IMG/VR virus record: IMGVR_UViG_3300006076_000003
Span: 1 to 64,000 of that record
Reading direction: 5' to 3' (one strand)
Source of the DNA: a virus
DNA length: 64,000 bases
The position numbers were made by a program, and so were the translations under genes. A model generated the notes under the pieces. It was not told the origin of the DNA. It did no database searches and worked only from the letters and a program-made list of their open reading frames with translations. Shown in pieces: positions 47,563 to 57,788 of the stretch. Position 1 is the stretch's first letter, and each line of letters starts with the position of its first letter.

Positions 47563-47877
47563 ATGAATTCGAATAACCAAAACATATCACTTAATGCAGA
47601 GTTAGAAACAACTTCAAATGAGTATTGGGTAGAGCAATATGAAGCTCTTCAAAGACTTAAAGAAAATCCTGATTTTCAAAAAGTAATTTTAGAAGGTTAC
47701 TTTAAAGATAAAGCTATTGCAAGTACAAGTATGTTAGCAACAGAATATGTTCGTCAAACAGGTACTCGTGGAGTAGTTGTGGAAGAACTTATTGCTATTA
47801 GCCATCTTGAGAATAGATTTCATACTATTGAAAATCTTGGTGCTCCTGTTGAAGAAGAAGAATTAGAGGAAGCATAA
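47563..47877 (+). CDS. Conserved head-region protein (N4 gp58-like)
   Basis: ALQRL..NPDFQKVILEGYF motif; position. Confidence 0.6.
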   Translation: MNSNNQNISLNAELETTSNEYWVEQYEALQRLKENPDFQKVILEGYFKDKAIASTSMLATEYVRQTGTRGVVVEELIAISHLENRFHTIENLGAPVEEEELEEA

Positions 47878-47878
47878 T

Positions 47879-49078
47879 ATGCCAAATACTATTACTGAAG
47901 ATGAACTCTATGATATGAGTGATGAAGAATTAGAAGCTTTAAGAAAACAAACGGCAGAACAAGAAGTTGATGTTGAACCATCTACAGAAGTTCAGCCTGA
48001 ACCTTCTGCTGATGAGCAAGGAGAAGTTGTTCAACAAGAAAGTGTGGAAGAAAACAATGTTGATTTGGAACAACCTATTGAAAATGAGGATTCCAAAGAA
48101 ACTATTGAAACTGACAATCCTACACAGGAATTAGAAAATAAAATTGATGAACAACAAAAAGAACCTGTTGAACAGACTCAGGAACAAGAAGAACAACCTG
48201 AAAAATCTGAACAACAATTAAGTTCAAAACGAAAATTTAAAGCTGTCGGTAAAGAATTTGAATTTACTGATGATGAGATACTGCAACAATTTCCAACAGT
48301 ATTTGCTCAAGCCATGGATTATAGGCGTAAAACACAAGCTATTGCTCCTTGGCGTAAGACAATAGATGCTATTGAAACTGCAGGATTAAGTCACGATGAT
48401 ATTAATTTAGCTATCGATGTTTTAAAAGGTAATAAAGACGCAATTACTGAAGTGCTTAAAAAACATGAGATTGATACAATGGCTATTGATCCAGATACAC
48501 ATCAAGGGTATAAACCAAATGATTATGGTAGAGATCCATCAGTAATTGAAGTTGAAAACACTATTAAAGAATTATCTGAAGATCCTGACTTTATGAAAAC
48601 TGAAAAAGTTTTAGGACAAGAGTGGGATGATAAATCAATGCAAGAAATTTATCAAAATCCAGAGTATATCAGATACATTCATGAAGATATTAAAAATGGT
48701 GTTTATGATAGACTTGCTCCTGAGGCACAAAAGTTAAAAGTTTTTGATGGTGGTAGAAAATCTGATATAGAATACTATCAAGAAGCTGTACGACTAGATG
48801 CACTACGTGCTCAAGAACAACAATTAAAAATAACTGCTGAAGAATCTATTCGTAAGCAAGAAGAGGCTCAAAGAGCTGAACAAGAGCGTATAGCAAAAAT
48901 TAAAGCAGCTGAAGAAGCACGTAGAAGAGAGCAAGAATTGGATGAAAAACGTAAGGCTGCTACTATTAATACACAAGCAAGTAATGGTAGTAAAGTTACA
49001 GATTACTTAGATGCTTTAGATGATGATGAAGGCTTTAAAGCATTCTATGCTAAAGCAATGGGTATTAACTTAGAATAA
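47879..49078 (+). CDS. Scaffold-like protein (N4 gp57-like)
   Basis: Acidic disordered N-terminus, FKAVGKE..MDY.RK, directly upstream of MCP. Confidence 0.7.
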   Translation: MPNTITEDELYDMSDEELEALRKQTAEQEVDVEPSTEVQPEPSADEQGEVVQQESVEENNVDLEQPIENEDSKETIETDNPTQELENKIDEQQKEPVEQTQEQEEQPEKSEQQLSSKRKFKAVGKEFEFTDDEILQQFPTVFAQAMDYRRKTQAIAPWRKTIDAIETAGLSHDDINLAIDVLKGNKDAITEVLKKHEIDTMAIDPDTHQGYKPNDYGRDPSVIEVENTIKELSEDPDFMKTEKVLGQEWDDKSMQEIYQNPEYIRYIHEDIKNGVYDRLAPEAQKLKVFDGGRKSDIEYYQEAVRLDALRAQEQQLKITAEESIRKQEEAQRAEQERIAKIKAAEEARRREQELDEKRKAATINTQASNGSKVTDYLDALDDDEGFKAFYAKAMGINLE

Positions 49079-49098
49079 AATAATAAAGGTAAACCACA

Positions 49099-50310
49099 AT
49101 GGCAACAAATATTTATGGTAATGGTACAAACTCAAGTCCTGGAGAAAACGTCAATAAGCACTATTATGACCGTGCTGGAATTGAAGCAGCAAATGCTGTA
49201 TCTGTATACTCTCAATTTATTGATAGAAAATCTATCCCACAAAAAACTGGTAAGGTTTTTAAAATTAGTAAATGGCAAAAACTATACGATTTAGCAACAA
49301 ATGATCCTGATTTTCAAAAGAAAGGATACCTTGGTAAACGTGATTTAGCAACAGTATCTGCTAAACTTGCTCAAACTGATGGAACTGGTGCAGCACTTAC
49401 AGAAGGTGTTGGAGCTATTAATCAAGTAACACCAACTAAAGTAACAGTTGAAACTGAACTTGCACGTTATGGTTATATGATTAAGTACTCTGATGAAATT
49501 GAACTTTTTTACAACGATGATATTCAAATCAAATATCGTGAGGCACTTGGTGATTTAATGAACCAAACTTATGAAGATTTGATTCAAACAGATATGCTAA
49601 ATGGTGCTGGTGTTGTAATTAATGCTGGTGGTGATATCACTAAAGATCAAATTGGTGATGGTATTGGTACTGATGATTCAGGTGCAGAAGCTTATAAAGT
49701 AAGTTTTGACTTAATCCGTAAAGGTGTTAAAGCACTTGTTAGAAATAGAGCACAACGTAATACTGAGATGGTAACAGGTTCTACAAAAATTGGTACTAAA
49801 CCAATTAATAAAGCATTCTATGCTATCGTTGGACCAGAAGTAAAATATGACCTTGAAACAATTACACGTGGTTCAAATGCTGCAGAAGAATTTGCTTATA
49901 TCCCTGCTTATACTTATGCTTTTGCTGGTAACCTTGCACAAGGTGAAATTGGTTCTATGCACGATGTAAGATTTATTGAATCTGAGGGTGCTATGGTTGA
50001 AACTGGTGCTGGTGCTGAAGTGCCAGATGGATATGCAGGACAATTAGCATTTACGGGTGCTGCTTCTGGCGATGATGGTACTCGTGGACACTTTGATATT
50101 TTCCCAATCCTTTTTCCAACTAAAGGTGCATTTGCTTCATTAAGTTTAAAAGGTAAAGGTAAAATTACATTCCATTCTGGGGCTCCTGAAGATACAAACT
50201 TAATTAACCCACATGGAACTGAAGGTTTCTTTAGTGCTAATATGTTCTATGCTGGTCTTGTATTACAACCAGAACGTCTTCTTAGAATTAACGTAGTAGC
50301 AACTGCTTAA
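49099..50310 (+). CDS. Major capsid protein (N4-gp56 family)
   Basis: PQKTGK..K, LTEG..NQV, YG....YSDE, TGSTKIGT, GEIG..RFI, PHG..GF motifs. Confidence 0.92.
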   Translation: MATNIYGNGTNSSPGENVNKHYYDRAGIEAANAVSVYSQFIDRKSIPQKTGKVFKISKWQKLYDLATNDPDFQKKGYLGKRDLATVSAKLAQTDGTGAALTEGVGAINQVTPTKVTVETELARYGYMIKYSDEIELFYNDDIQIKYREALGDLMNQTYEDLIQTDMLNGAGVVINAGGDITKDQIGDGIGTDDSGAEAYKVSFDLIRKGVKALVRNRAQRNTEMVTGSTKIGTKPINKAFYAIVGPEVKYDLETITRGSNAAEEFAYIPAYTYAFAGNLAQGEIGSMHDVRFIESEGAMVETGAGAEVPDGYAGQLAFTGAASGDDGTRGHFDIFPILFPTKGAFASLSLKGKGKITFHSGAPEDTNLINPHGTEGFFSANMFYAGLVLQPERLLRINVVATA

Positions 50311-50317
50311 TTTATTT

Positions 50318-50343
50318 AACTATCCAACTATTGTTGGGTAGTT
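50318..50343 (+). terminator. Hairpin after MCP
   Basis: AACTATCCAAC-TATT-GTTGGGTAGTT. Confidence 0.5.
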
Positions 50344-50424
50344 ATACTGCATTATATATCTATTTGTATATTTAAAAAATTTTATGTATAATACTCACAA
50401 TACAAAAACAATAAAGGAAAATTA

Positions 50425-50889
50425 ATGGTCACTTTTGAAGAATTAAAAGGTATAGCCGACTCTATGGGAATTTCTTATAGCCCAAATATTAAATTTGAAA
50501 CACTCTGTAAGAGAGTAGAAGATGCACAAGGTTTTGCTTTTGAAGATGATGAAGCACAAACTGAAAATGAAAATTTAACAGAAGATACAGTAGAAAAGCC
50601 TAAAAAAGCTAAAAAAACAGTGCAAGAAATTATCAAAGAAAATGAACGTAAAAATAAGCAAACAAAAATTGTAAGAATTACAATGGTTGATAAAAGAGAA
50701 GCAAGCACTGCAACTAACGCATTCTTCTCTAATGGTAATATTCAAATGGATATTCCATTAGATACTTTTGTCGAAATGCCTGTTGTTCTTATTAAACAAG
50801 CAGAAGATGCAAAAGCAGTTATTCATGTTAAAGTTGGTGATAAAACTCAGAAAAAATTAGTTAAAAAATACGTTGTAGAATACAAATAA
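50425..50889 (+). CDS. N4 gp55-like protein
   Basis: LK..AD.MGISYSPNI..ETL N-terminal motif; follows MCP. Confidence 0.65.
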   Translation: MVTFEELKGIADSMGISYSPNIKFETLCKRVEDAQGFAFEDDEAQTENENLTEDTVEKPKKAKKTVQEIIKENERKNKQTKIVRITMVDKREASTATNAFFSNGNIQMDIPLDTFVEMPVVLIKQAEDAKAVIHVKVGDKTQKKLVKKYVVEYK

Positions 50890-50964
50890 AACTAAATCTA
50901 TATTAGAGCACACATTTTGCTGTGTGTTCATATATAAATTTGTAATTACCAAAGGTGAATAATT

Positions 50965-51639
50965 ATGGCTGAAATTTTATTAACTGATTTAACTAATGGT
51001 TCATTAGATAGCAATAACGATTGGAATGGTGATGGTATATTTGATGTACTTATAAATGCAGTAAATAAAAATATTGAAGGCCAATTTAAAAACGGCCGTA
51101 TAACAGGTAATACGTATGCTAATGTTTATCTTGGCAGTATGCAAAGTGCTATGGCAGAAAGCTTTCAATTTTTATTAAATAAAAAAATGATGGAAGCGGA
51201 AATCGATTTAAAAGTAAAAGAACTTGATAAACTTAACTCTGACATAGCTTTAACTGACACACAAAAGAGTGAGTTAGAAGCAAATGGAGCTAAAGATAGG
51301 GATATTAAAGAAAGACAGATGGCTGAAGAAGAAGCTACTGGAGCTAAAAATAGAGACATTTTAGATGTGGAAAAAAATACTAAAGATTATCAACTTAATA
51401 ATATTTTACCTAAAGAACTTGATAAACTTAATTCTGATATAGCTTTAACTGATACACAAAAAAGTGAGTTAGAGAATCAAAGTACACTTACACTTGCAAA
51501 TGTAGGTAGAGTTAAATTAACAACGGATGCAGAATATGCAAAAGCACAAAAAGAAATTGATTTACTTGAAAGTAATATCACTAAATCACAACAAGAAATT
51601 ACATTAATAAAACAAAAAATAATTGGGCGGGCTCACTAA
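50965..51639 (+). CDS. N4 gp54-like virion protein with internal duplication
   Basis: G.GIFDVL..GRITG..YA.VYLG; KELDKLNSDIALTDTQKSELE occurs twice. Confidence 0.65.
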   Translation: MAEILLTDLTNGSLDSNNDWNGDGIFDVLINAVNKNIEGQFKNGRITGNTYANVYLGSMQSAMAESFQFLLNKKMMEAEIDLKVKELDKLNSDIALTDTQKSELEANGAKDRDIKERQMAEEEATGAKNRDILDVEKNTKDYQLNNILPKELDKLNSDIALTDTQKSELENQSTLTLANVGRVKLTTDAEYAKAQKEIDLLESNITKSQQEITLIKQKIIGRAH

Positions 51640-51643
51640 CTAA

Positions 51644-51910
51644 ATGGCTGATGAAATTAAAGATAATATTACTGATTGGGTTAATGATATAACAGATGGT
51701 GATATTAATACTTGGCTAGATAATGTTACAAGTGATTTAAACACAACTGTATTAGGTCAAGTTGTTGACGATAACTATGAAGAGATAAAAAATTTAGTTA
51801 AAAACCAATTAGGAATAATTGAAGATGATAACAATAATACAGTTTCAGTAGATAAGAACTATGGTGAAGTGTATACAGATTACAACAAATTAACTGATGG
51901 AGATTGGTAA
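51644..51910 (+). CDS. Acidic hypothetical virion protein
   Basis: ORF in late operon. Confidence 0.5.
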   Translation: MADEIKDNITDWVNDITDGDINTWLDNVTSDLNTTVLGQVVDDNYEEIKNLVKNQLGIIEDDNNNTVSVDKNYGEVYTDYNKLTDGDW

Positions 51911-51912
51911 AT

Positions 51913-52167
51913 ATGGCAATTAACACAACAGAAATCCAACGTGTTTATAATAGTTTTTTTAATACACAAAAGGGTAAACTTGATACACTATACACAGATA
52001 AAGTGATTGATGCTGAAACATATAATACTATGATTATTGAAGCAACTAATAGATCATTAGAATTAGCAATTAATGCAGTTACTAGGCAAGAAGAAGTGAA
52101 AGTAAATCTATACAAAGATAAACAATTGTTAAGTCTTCCTGCAGACTTTTTAGCGGAGACAATATAA
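51913..52167 (+). CDS. Hypothetical virion protein
   Basis: GGAG RBS before MAINTT. Confidence 0.5.
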   Translation: MAINTTEIQRVYNSFFNTQKGKLDTLYTDKVIDAETYNTMIIEATNRSLELAINAVTRQEEVKVNLYKDKQLLSLPADFLAETI

Positions 52168-52544
52168 TGGCAAAATTTAAATTACCTATTGGAGAAGATT
52201 TCAAGTTTAGTGTAGTTATATATCAAGACGATACATTTCTAATACAGCCACTTACTGATGATGATGGTAATTCAATAGTTGATGAAGCTACATTTGAATT
52301 AATTAACCCGCAAGATAATAGTGTATTATTTACAGTTACAGCAGATACTATTAGTAATGGAGATGAAAAGTTATTTTTTAATATACAAGCATCAGATACT
52401 GATAATTTAACAACTTCAACAGGTACTTTAGGTTCTTGGTACTATACAAAACCTAAATATAAAGGTAAAATCAAAGTTAAATTTACAGATGCAAGCAAAG
52501 TGACTGATAAATTAGTTTTAATTGATAAAGTGTATATGGTGTAA
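52167..52544 (+). CDS. Hypothetical tail protein
   Basis: Beta-rich ORF coupled to neighbours. Confidence 0.5.
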   Translation: MAKFKLPIGEDFKFSVVIYQDDTFLIQPLTDDDGNSIVDEATFELINPQDNSVLFTVTADTISNGDEKLFFNIQASDTDNLTTSTGTLGSWYYTKPKYKGKIKVKFTDASKVTDKLVLIDKVYMV

Positions 52545-52548
52545 TTAA

Positions 52549-55500
52549 ATGAGTTTTGAACTAACGAAATCAAATATAAAAGTAGCAAAAAATAATGATG
52601 TAGATGTAATAACAAAAGATTACGTTCTATCAAACGCAACAATTTATTCTAATACATTAAAAGGTGGTATACCAGAATGGTTAGACACTGCAATAACTGC
52701 TGCGATATCAAATGGTACTGTTTCCCTAAGTGAAGCGATAGCAGATTTAAATTCAACTATTGATGCTTTGCAAACAGGTATATCACAATCAATACAATCA
52801 ATACAAAGTGATGTAGAATCAACAAATACTCTAATAACTACTGTAAAAAGTGAACTTAATGACAATATAGCAGCTGTTGCTGATATTGCTAATTCAAAAG
52901 TAACTGAGTCAGAAGCAAGATCTATATCTGAACAAATTGTCGGTTCAAAGTTTAGAGTAGGTAATGAAGATGAAGCAGAAGCTTGGGCTACAAGTCTTAC
53001 TGAGTCTTATGCGTCACAAAATCTTGCATATGCACAAACAGTTGATAATATTATAGCAGTACAAAATGACCAACAAATAACACTTAGTGATGTTAATAAA
53101 GTTATTGCAGGGCAATTCCAATTCTGGGGTGGTGAAGATCCAATTACAGTTGGTTGTATAATTTACACAACAGATGATAATGTTCCTGATTGGGGGAATA
53201 ACACAACAACAGATTCATATCTTGATAATGGTGATGGTACTACAAGCCCTTACCAATTGTGGCAATATTTAGGTAAAGGACTTGGTTCTTCTACAAACAA
53301 TTGGCGAAAAATTGATAACATAAATGGTACCTTAGGTGTTGCAAAAAGTCTAGCAACAGATGGCGATGGTAATATCACAGGTTGGGCATATGCTTCTGGT
53401 AGTGGTGGTGAGTCTGAATTTGCTATTCACGCAGACCACTTCTATATTAGTAATTCAGATAACTCAGCAAGACCATTTAATATTGACTCAGATGGTATTC
53501 ATTTTGTAGGTAAAGTTACATTTAGTTCTATAACGGATAGACAAGAATATATTGTAGATCCTATAAATGATTTACAAGATAACAAAGCTACTGTATTTAG
53601 GACATCTACTGAACCTACCGTTAATGATAATAATTTATCAGTTAATGATTTATGGATACCACCTTCTGATGTTGATGATTATAAAGCTAATGAGATATAC
53701 CAATGTACTGATATAGATCCTGTTACATTTGTAAATCTTACAACTATAAATGAAGCTATTAGTAATGTTCAAGTTAATTTACAAAATCAAGTTGATTCGA
53801 AAATAGACATGTACTACCAAGATAATCCACCATATGACAATGCTTCTGAAGAAAATGCTTTAAATGATAGTAGAGTTGGAGATTATTGGTATTGTGGAGC
53901 TACTTCTGATGATTACACAAAAGGTATAGTTTATAAGTACACAAAAAATAATTCTGACTATACTTGGGAAGTATCACAAGATGTGTCACATGAAGTATTT
54001 GATATTGCTGATAGTAAAAGAACAATATATAGTAATGCTACTGATGATACACCTAACGGAGAAGTTAATGACTTATGGATACCTCTATCTGGGGATACCG
54101 TTACATTAGATGGTGTTGATATTATTAAGACAAAAGTATATATTTTTTCACCTGACTCTAAATGGATAGTCGCTACTGACTATACTAATAATGACTATGC
54201 TGAAAGTATAGTTAATGGTAATACTCAAATAGATTTAGCACAACATTTAGACTCTTTAGGCTGGGAACAGCGAATTAGTGACTCTGAAGATGCTTTGAGT
54301 ACCCATACAGCAGAAATTGCTGGTTTAGAAGAAACAAATGATGGAGTTGTAAATTCATTTTACCAAACAACTGCTCCTGATTCTGATGTATCAAGCTATG
54401 GGGATTGGTGGGTTGATACTGATGCATCGCCATTAAAAGCTTATAGATATGAAGATTCAGATGGTAAAAATGTTAATACCTTAGACTGGCGTGATAATTC
54501 AGATAGTATTTTAGGCAGAGCATACATCTCGGCTCAAAATGCTCAAGCTACTGCTGATGGTAAGATTGTCTCATTCTTTCAAAATGATGTACCTACTGCT
54601 GAAGGTGTAGGTGATTTATGGGTTGATACTGATGACAATAATAAAACTTATAGAGCTGCTTCAATAGGAGCTAATGAAATAAAAAGTGGTGAATGGGAAC
54701 CTATAACTGATAGTAGTGCTTTAAATAACTTTATTTCTACAACTTATACTAATGACCAAATTAATATTGGTAATCAATTAGATAATAAAGCTGAAGCTTA
54801 TTTTCAAAATACTGAACCTTATGCTGCTTCTGATGGACAACCTTCACAAGATGCGGATACTTGGTATAACTCTGATAATGGTGAGTTAAAAGTATTTAGA
54901 TATGATGCTGATAATCCTGAATGGGTTTTAATTACTGACCCTAAAGCTATTAGTGCTTATCAAGCGGCTCAAAATGCTCAAGCTACTGCTGATGGTAAGA
55001 TTGTCTCTTATACTGGTTCATCAGAACCTACAAATTACTCAGTTGGGGATGTATGGTTACAAGGTTCAAGTGGGGATATATATGTTTGTCAAACAGCTCA
55101 TGATACTTTTAGAAGCTCAGATTGGTTAATTGCTTCAAAGTATACTGACGATACAACTGCCTTAAATGCACAAAACTTAGCAAATGTTGCTTTACAGCAG
55201 TTACCAACTATCGCTATTAAAGCAAATGCTAATGCAAATAATTTAGATGCAGCTAATGGAGAATGTGCTATCTTTGGGTACAACTCAAATGGGGAGATAT
55301 CCCATAGTAATATAAGTATATTATTTAATGGTCAAAGAGTAAATTTAGAAGTACAACCTAATAGAGATTTATTTGTAAATACTATTGACACATTTGGTTA
55401 TATACTCTATATAAGAGATAAGGATGTACTAAAGTACAAAGATGGTGATAACTTAGCTGATGGGGATAGAAATTTTTGGGTTGTGACATATGATAAAGTA

Positions 55501-57750
55501 AGGGGTTGGTTATATGACAATAATTCATATTTAGCACCTTGTAGTGACTACGTTGATTTCTCTACTCTCACAGAGGGTTATGACTATATGTTAGTAGGTG
55601 ACATCAGAACTGGTTATTTAGCAAATCAAGCTCAAGTTGATGCCTATATTGATGGTGGTGGCGATGATTCAGTAAAAGTTGGTGATTATGTTAATGACTG
55701 GACAACTGAAGCTAATGTATACCAAGAAGCAATAACTTTTGATAGTGTTGAAAATCATTTTGATAAGATGGAAATATTAAAAAACGGTGGTGTTGATTCA
55801 CTATTTAGTAGAGCTTGGAAAGACCCGTTTAATGAAGATAGTTGGACTGTAACGGACAATAATGAAGGAACTATTGCTATTCAAAAAGGATACAATGTAT
55901 CAGTAAGCAGTGATGACCAAGACTCACATGACTCTTGGGCAATAAGCACTAAAAAATTTAAGTACGACCCAAATAGCTTATATAAAATAACATTTAAAGG
56001 TTATACAGAAACAGATGGCACACATAACTTTTATGCTGGTGTTATGGGGTTTGCTGCAGATGGAACAACTAAAGTAAATGTTGCTGGTTCTGATGCAAGT
56101 GATAATCAACACTATATAGCAGCACATAGTGAAGATTTAGTAGATGGTCAACACTTTGAATTTACTGGATACTTTAAAGGTATTGGTACAAGTGATGATT
56201 ACCATTATGATACTGATATATTATATCCATCACCACTAAATTCTGCTGTTGTGTACTTTTCACCAATGGTTGTTGCTGGATATGATGCTGATGTTAATCA
56301 AACAACATACCTAACAGATGTTCAGGTTGAGATAGTCTCAACAGCTACTATTCAACATGCTTATTCCAATTCACCAAAATTAGATATTAAAATAAACCAT
56401 GAAAATTATACTGATAGCGGTACTGGAGAAGCGTATATATATGGTATAAGTGAAGTTGGTAGACCAATTGAAACTGGTTCTGGTGGATATGTTTTATATA
56501 GTAATGAGAAATTGTATATATCAAACCAAAAAATGTATACCAATCTAAAGAATAAAAATGGTTATATTTGTTTTAGAAGAAGTGGGTTTCCTAATGTTGC
56601 TGATAAAACAGTACAAATCGTATTTGCTTACCCTAAATCAAATACTGTATCACAGTGGTACTATGATGCTAATTCAGATACACCAGTATTATTTGATTTT
56701 ACAGATGCAGATTTCTCTGATATTTATGTAATAGGGGAAATGGTTACTTGTGAAACATCAAATGATTGTATTAAGAGTGCCTCTATATGGTTACAAGCTA
56801 AAAAAATAGAAGAAATACATAGGATTGCTAAACAATTTAGTACTGGAACAACAGAAATTAATGGTGATGTAATTACAACAGGAACTATAAAATCAGATAA
56901 AATGGCAGTAGGACAATCAATTGTATCTGCTAATTTCAACCCACATTCTTCTGATGATGTATCAGACACACCAACAGAAGCAGACTATTATGATGCAATA
57001 GATGATAGTGTAACACCTGCTGGTTTTAGATTAAAAGCTGGAGCAACTGGAACTTACTCAGACCCGAATATCTATGGTGGTGCTATTAGGGGTAGTAAAA
57101 TATATTCATCATTATTTATGAATATTAATACCTATGATAAGCCATACTTAAAAAATTTTAGTGGGCATATTCATCCAGGAGCATTTGATGGAGATGCTAT
57201 AACAAGTCTTACTATAAATACGTATATTGTCGATGCTGATCAAAATGGAGATATTGAAAATGGTATTTCACCAACTTACTCATCTAATACAGGTAAGTGT
57301 GAAATTATAACTAATGCCCCATGGTACTATTCCTATAATATAGTTAAAGGACGAACAGCAATTGACAATGATCAAAATTGTGAAGTAAAAATACAATTAT
57401 TTAGATATGAAAACATAGATAATACTGGTGATATAAATGTTGTAGCAACATATACATATAAACATAATATAGGTGATGACACGATTGACCAATACTTTAC
57501 AATGACAAATTTAAATATTGTTTTTAGAATTATTATATACTATGATTCTGGAGCGGATTCAGTTATGTATTACCTATATTATATAAATTCTGGAATGATG
57601 TATGGTATGGCTGGAAACGACTCAAAATATCAAGGTGCATACCAAATATTTATATCAGCTCATTTTACTGATAGTGATGGTAATGACTTAGATGATGGTG
57701 ATACGAATAATTTTATTTCAAACAGATATACAATTGTAACAAATCCGTAA
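52549..57750 (+). CDS. Large tail fibre / host-specificity protein
   Basis: DUF1983-like SEFAIHADHF; repeated DGKIVS..P..GDxW modules; TEINGDVITTGTI motif. Confidence 0.75.
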   Translation: MSFELTKSNIKVAKNNDVDVITKDYVLSNATIYSNTLKGGIPEWLDTAITAAISNGTVSLSEAIADLNSTIDALQTGISQSIQSIQSDVESTNTLITTVKSELNDNIAAVADIANSKVTESEARSISEQIVGSKFRVGNEDEAEAWATSLTESYASQNLAYAQTVDNIIAVQNDQQITLSDVNKVIAGQFQFWGGEDPITVGCIIYTTDDNVPDWGNNTTTDSYLDNGDGTTSPYQLWQYLGKGLGSSTNNWRKIDNINGTLGVAKSLATDGDGNITGWAYASGSGGESEFAIHADHFYISNSDNSARPFNIDSDGIHFVGKVTFSSITDRQEYIVDPINDLQDNKATVFRTSTEPTVNDNNLSVNDLWIPPSDVDDYKANEIYQCTDIDPVTFVNLTTINEAISNVQVNLQNQVDSKIDMYYQDNPPYDNASEENALNDSRVGDYWYCGATSDDYTKGIVYKYTKNNSDYTWEVSQDVSHEVFDIADSKRTIYSNATDDTPNGEVNDLWIPLSGDTVTLDGVDIIKTKVYIFSPDSKWIVATDYTNNDYAESIVNGNTQIDLAQHLDSLGWEQRISDSEDALSTHTAEIAGLEETNDGVVNSFYQTTAPDSDVSSYGDWWVDTDASPLKAYRYEDSDGKNVNTLDWRDNSDSILGRAYISAQNAQATADGKIVSFFQNDVPTAEGVGDLWVDTDDNNKTYRAASIGANEIKSGEWEPITDSSALNNFISTTYTNDQINIGNQLDNKAEAYFQNTEPYAASDGQPSQDADTWYNSDNGELKVFRYDADNPEWVLITDPKAISAYQAAQNAQATADGKIVSYTGSSEPTNYSVGDVWLQGSSGDIYVCQTAHDTFRSSDWLIASKYTDDTTALNAQNLANVALQQLPTIAIKANANANNLDAANGECAIFGYNSNGEISHSNISILFNGQRVNLEVQPNRDLFVNTIDTFGYILYIRDKDVLKYKDGDNLADGDRNFWVVTYDKVRGWLYDNNSYLAPCSDYVDFSTLTEGYDYMLVGDIRTGYLANQAQVDAYIDGGGDDSVKVGDYVNDWTTEANVYQEAITFDSVENHFDKMEILKNGGVDSLFSRAWKDPFNEDSWTVTDNNEGTIAIQKGYNVSVSSDDQDSHDSWAISTKKFKYDPNSLYKITFKGYTETDGTHNFYAGVMGFAADGTTKVNVAGSDASDNQHYIAAHSEDLVDGQHFEFTGYFKGIGTSDDYHYDTDILYPSPLNSAVVYFSPMVVAGYDADVNQTTYLTDVQVEIVSTATIQHAYSNSPKLDIKINHENYTDSGTGEAYIYGISEVGRPIETGSGGYVLYSNEKLYISNQKMYTNLKNKNGYICFRRSGFPNVADKTVQIVFAYPKSNTVSQWYYDANSDTPVLFDFTDADFSDIYVIGEMVTCETSNDCIKSASIWLQAKKIEEIHRIAKQFSTGTTEINGDVITTGTIKSDKMAVGQSIVSANFNPHSSDDVSDTPTEADYYDAIDDSVTPAGFRLKAGATGTYSDPNIYGGAIRGSKIYSSLFMNINTYDKPYLKNFSGHIHPGAFDGDAITSLTINTYIVDADQNGDIENGISPTYSSNTGKCEIITNAPWYYSYNIVKGRTAIDNDQNCEVKIQLFRYENIDNTGDINVVATYTYKHNIGDDTIDQYFTMTNLNIVFRIIIYYDSGADSVMYYLYYINSGMMYGMAGNDSKYQGAYQIFISAHFTDSDGNDLDDGDTNNFISNRYTIVTNP

Positions 57751-57759
57751 TGATATAAT
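57751..57759 (+). promoter_or_regulatory. Extended -10 promoter
   Basis: TGATATAAT upstream of 57789. Confidence 0.5.
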
Positions 57760-57788
57760 ATTAATAATAAATGTAAAGGAAAATATAA

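Noticed and set aside
36560-51915. Two genes both ending in GDW-stop
   Set aside because: Explained by the embedded GGAG RBS for the next gene
52549-57750. Diversity-generating retroelement targeting tail fibres
   Set aside because: No reverse transcriptase in the window and no repeat pair with adenine-specific mismatches seen
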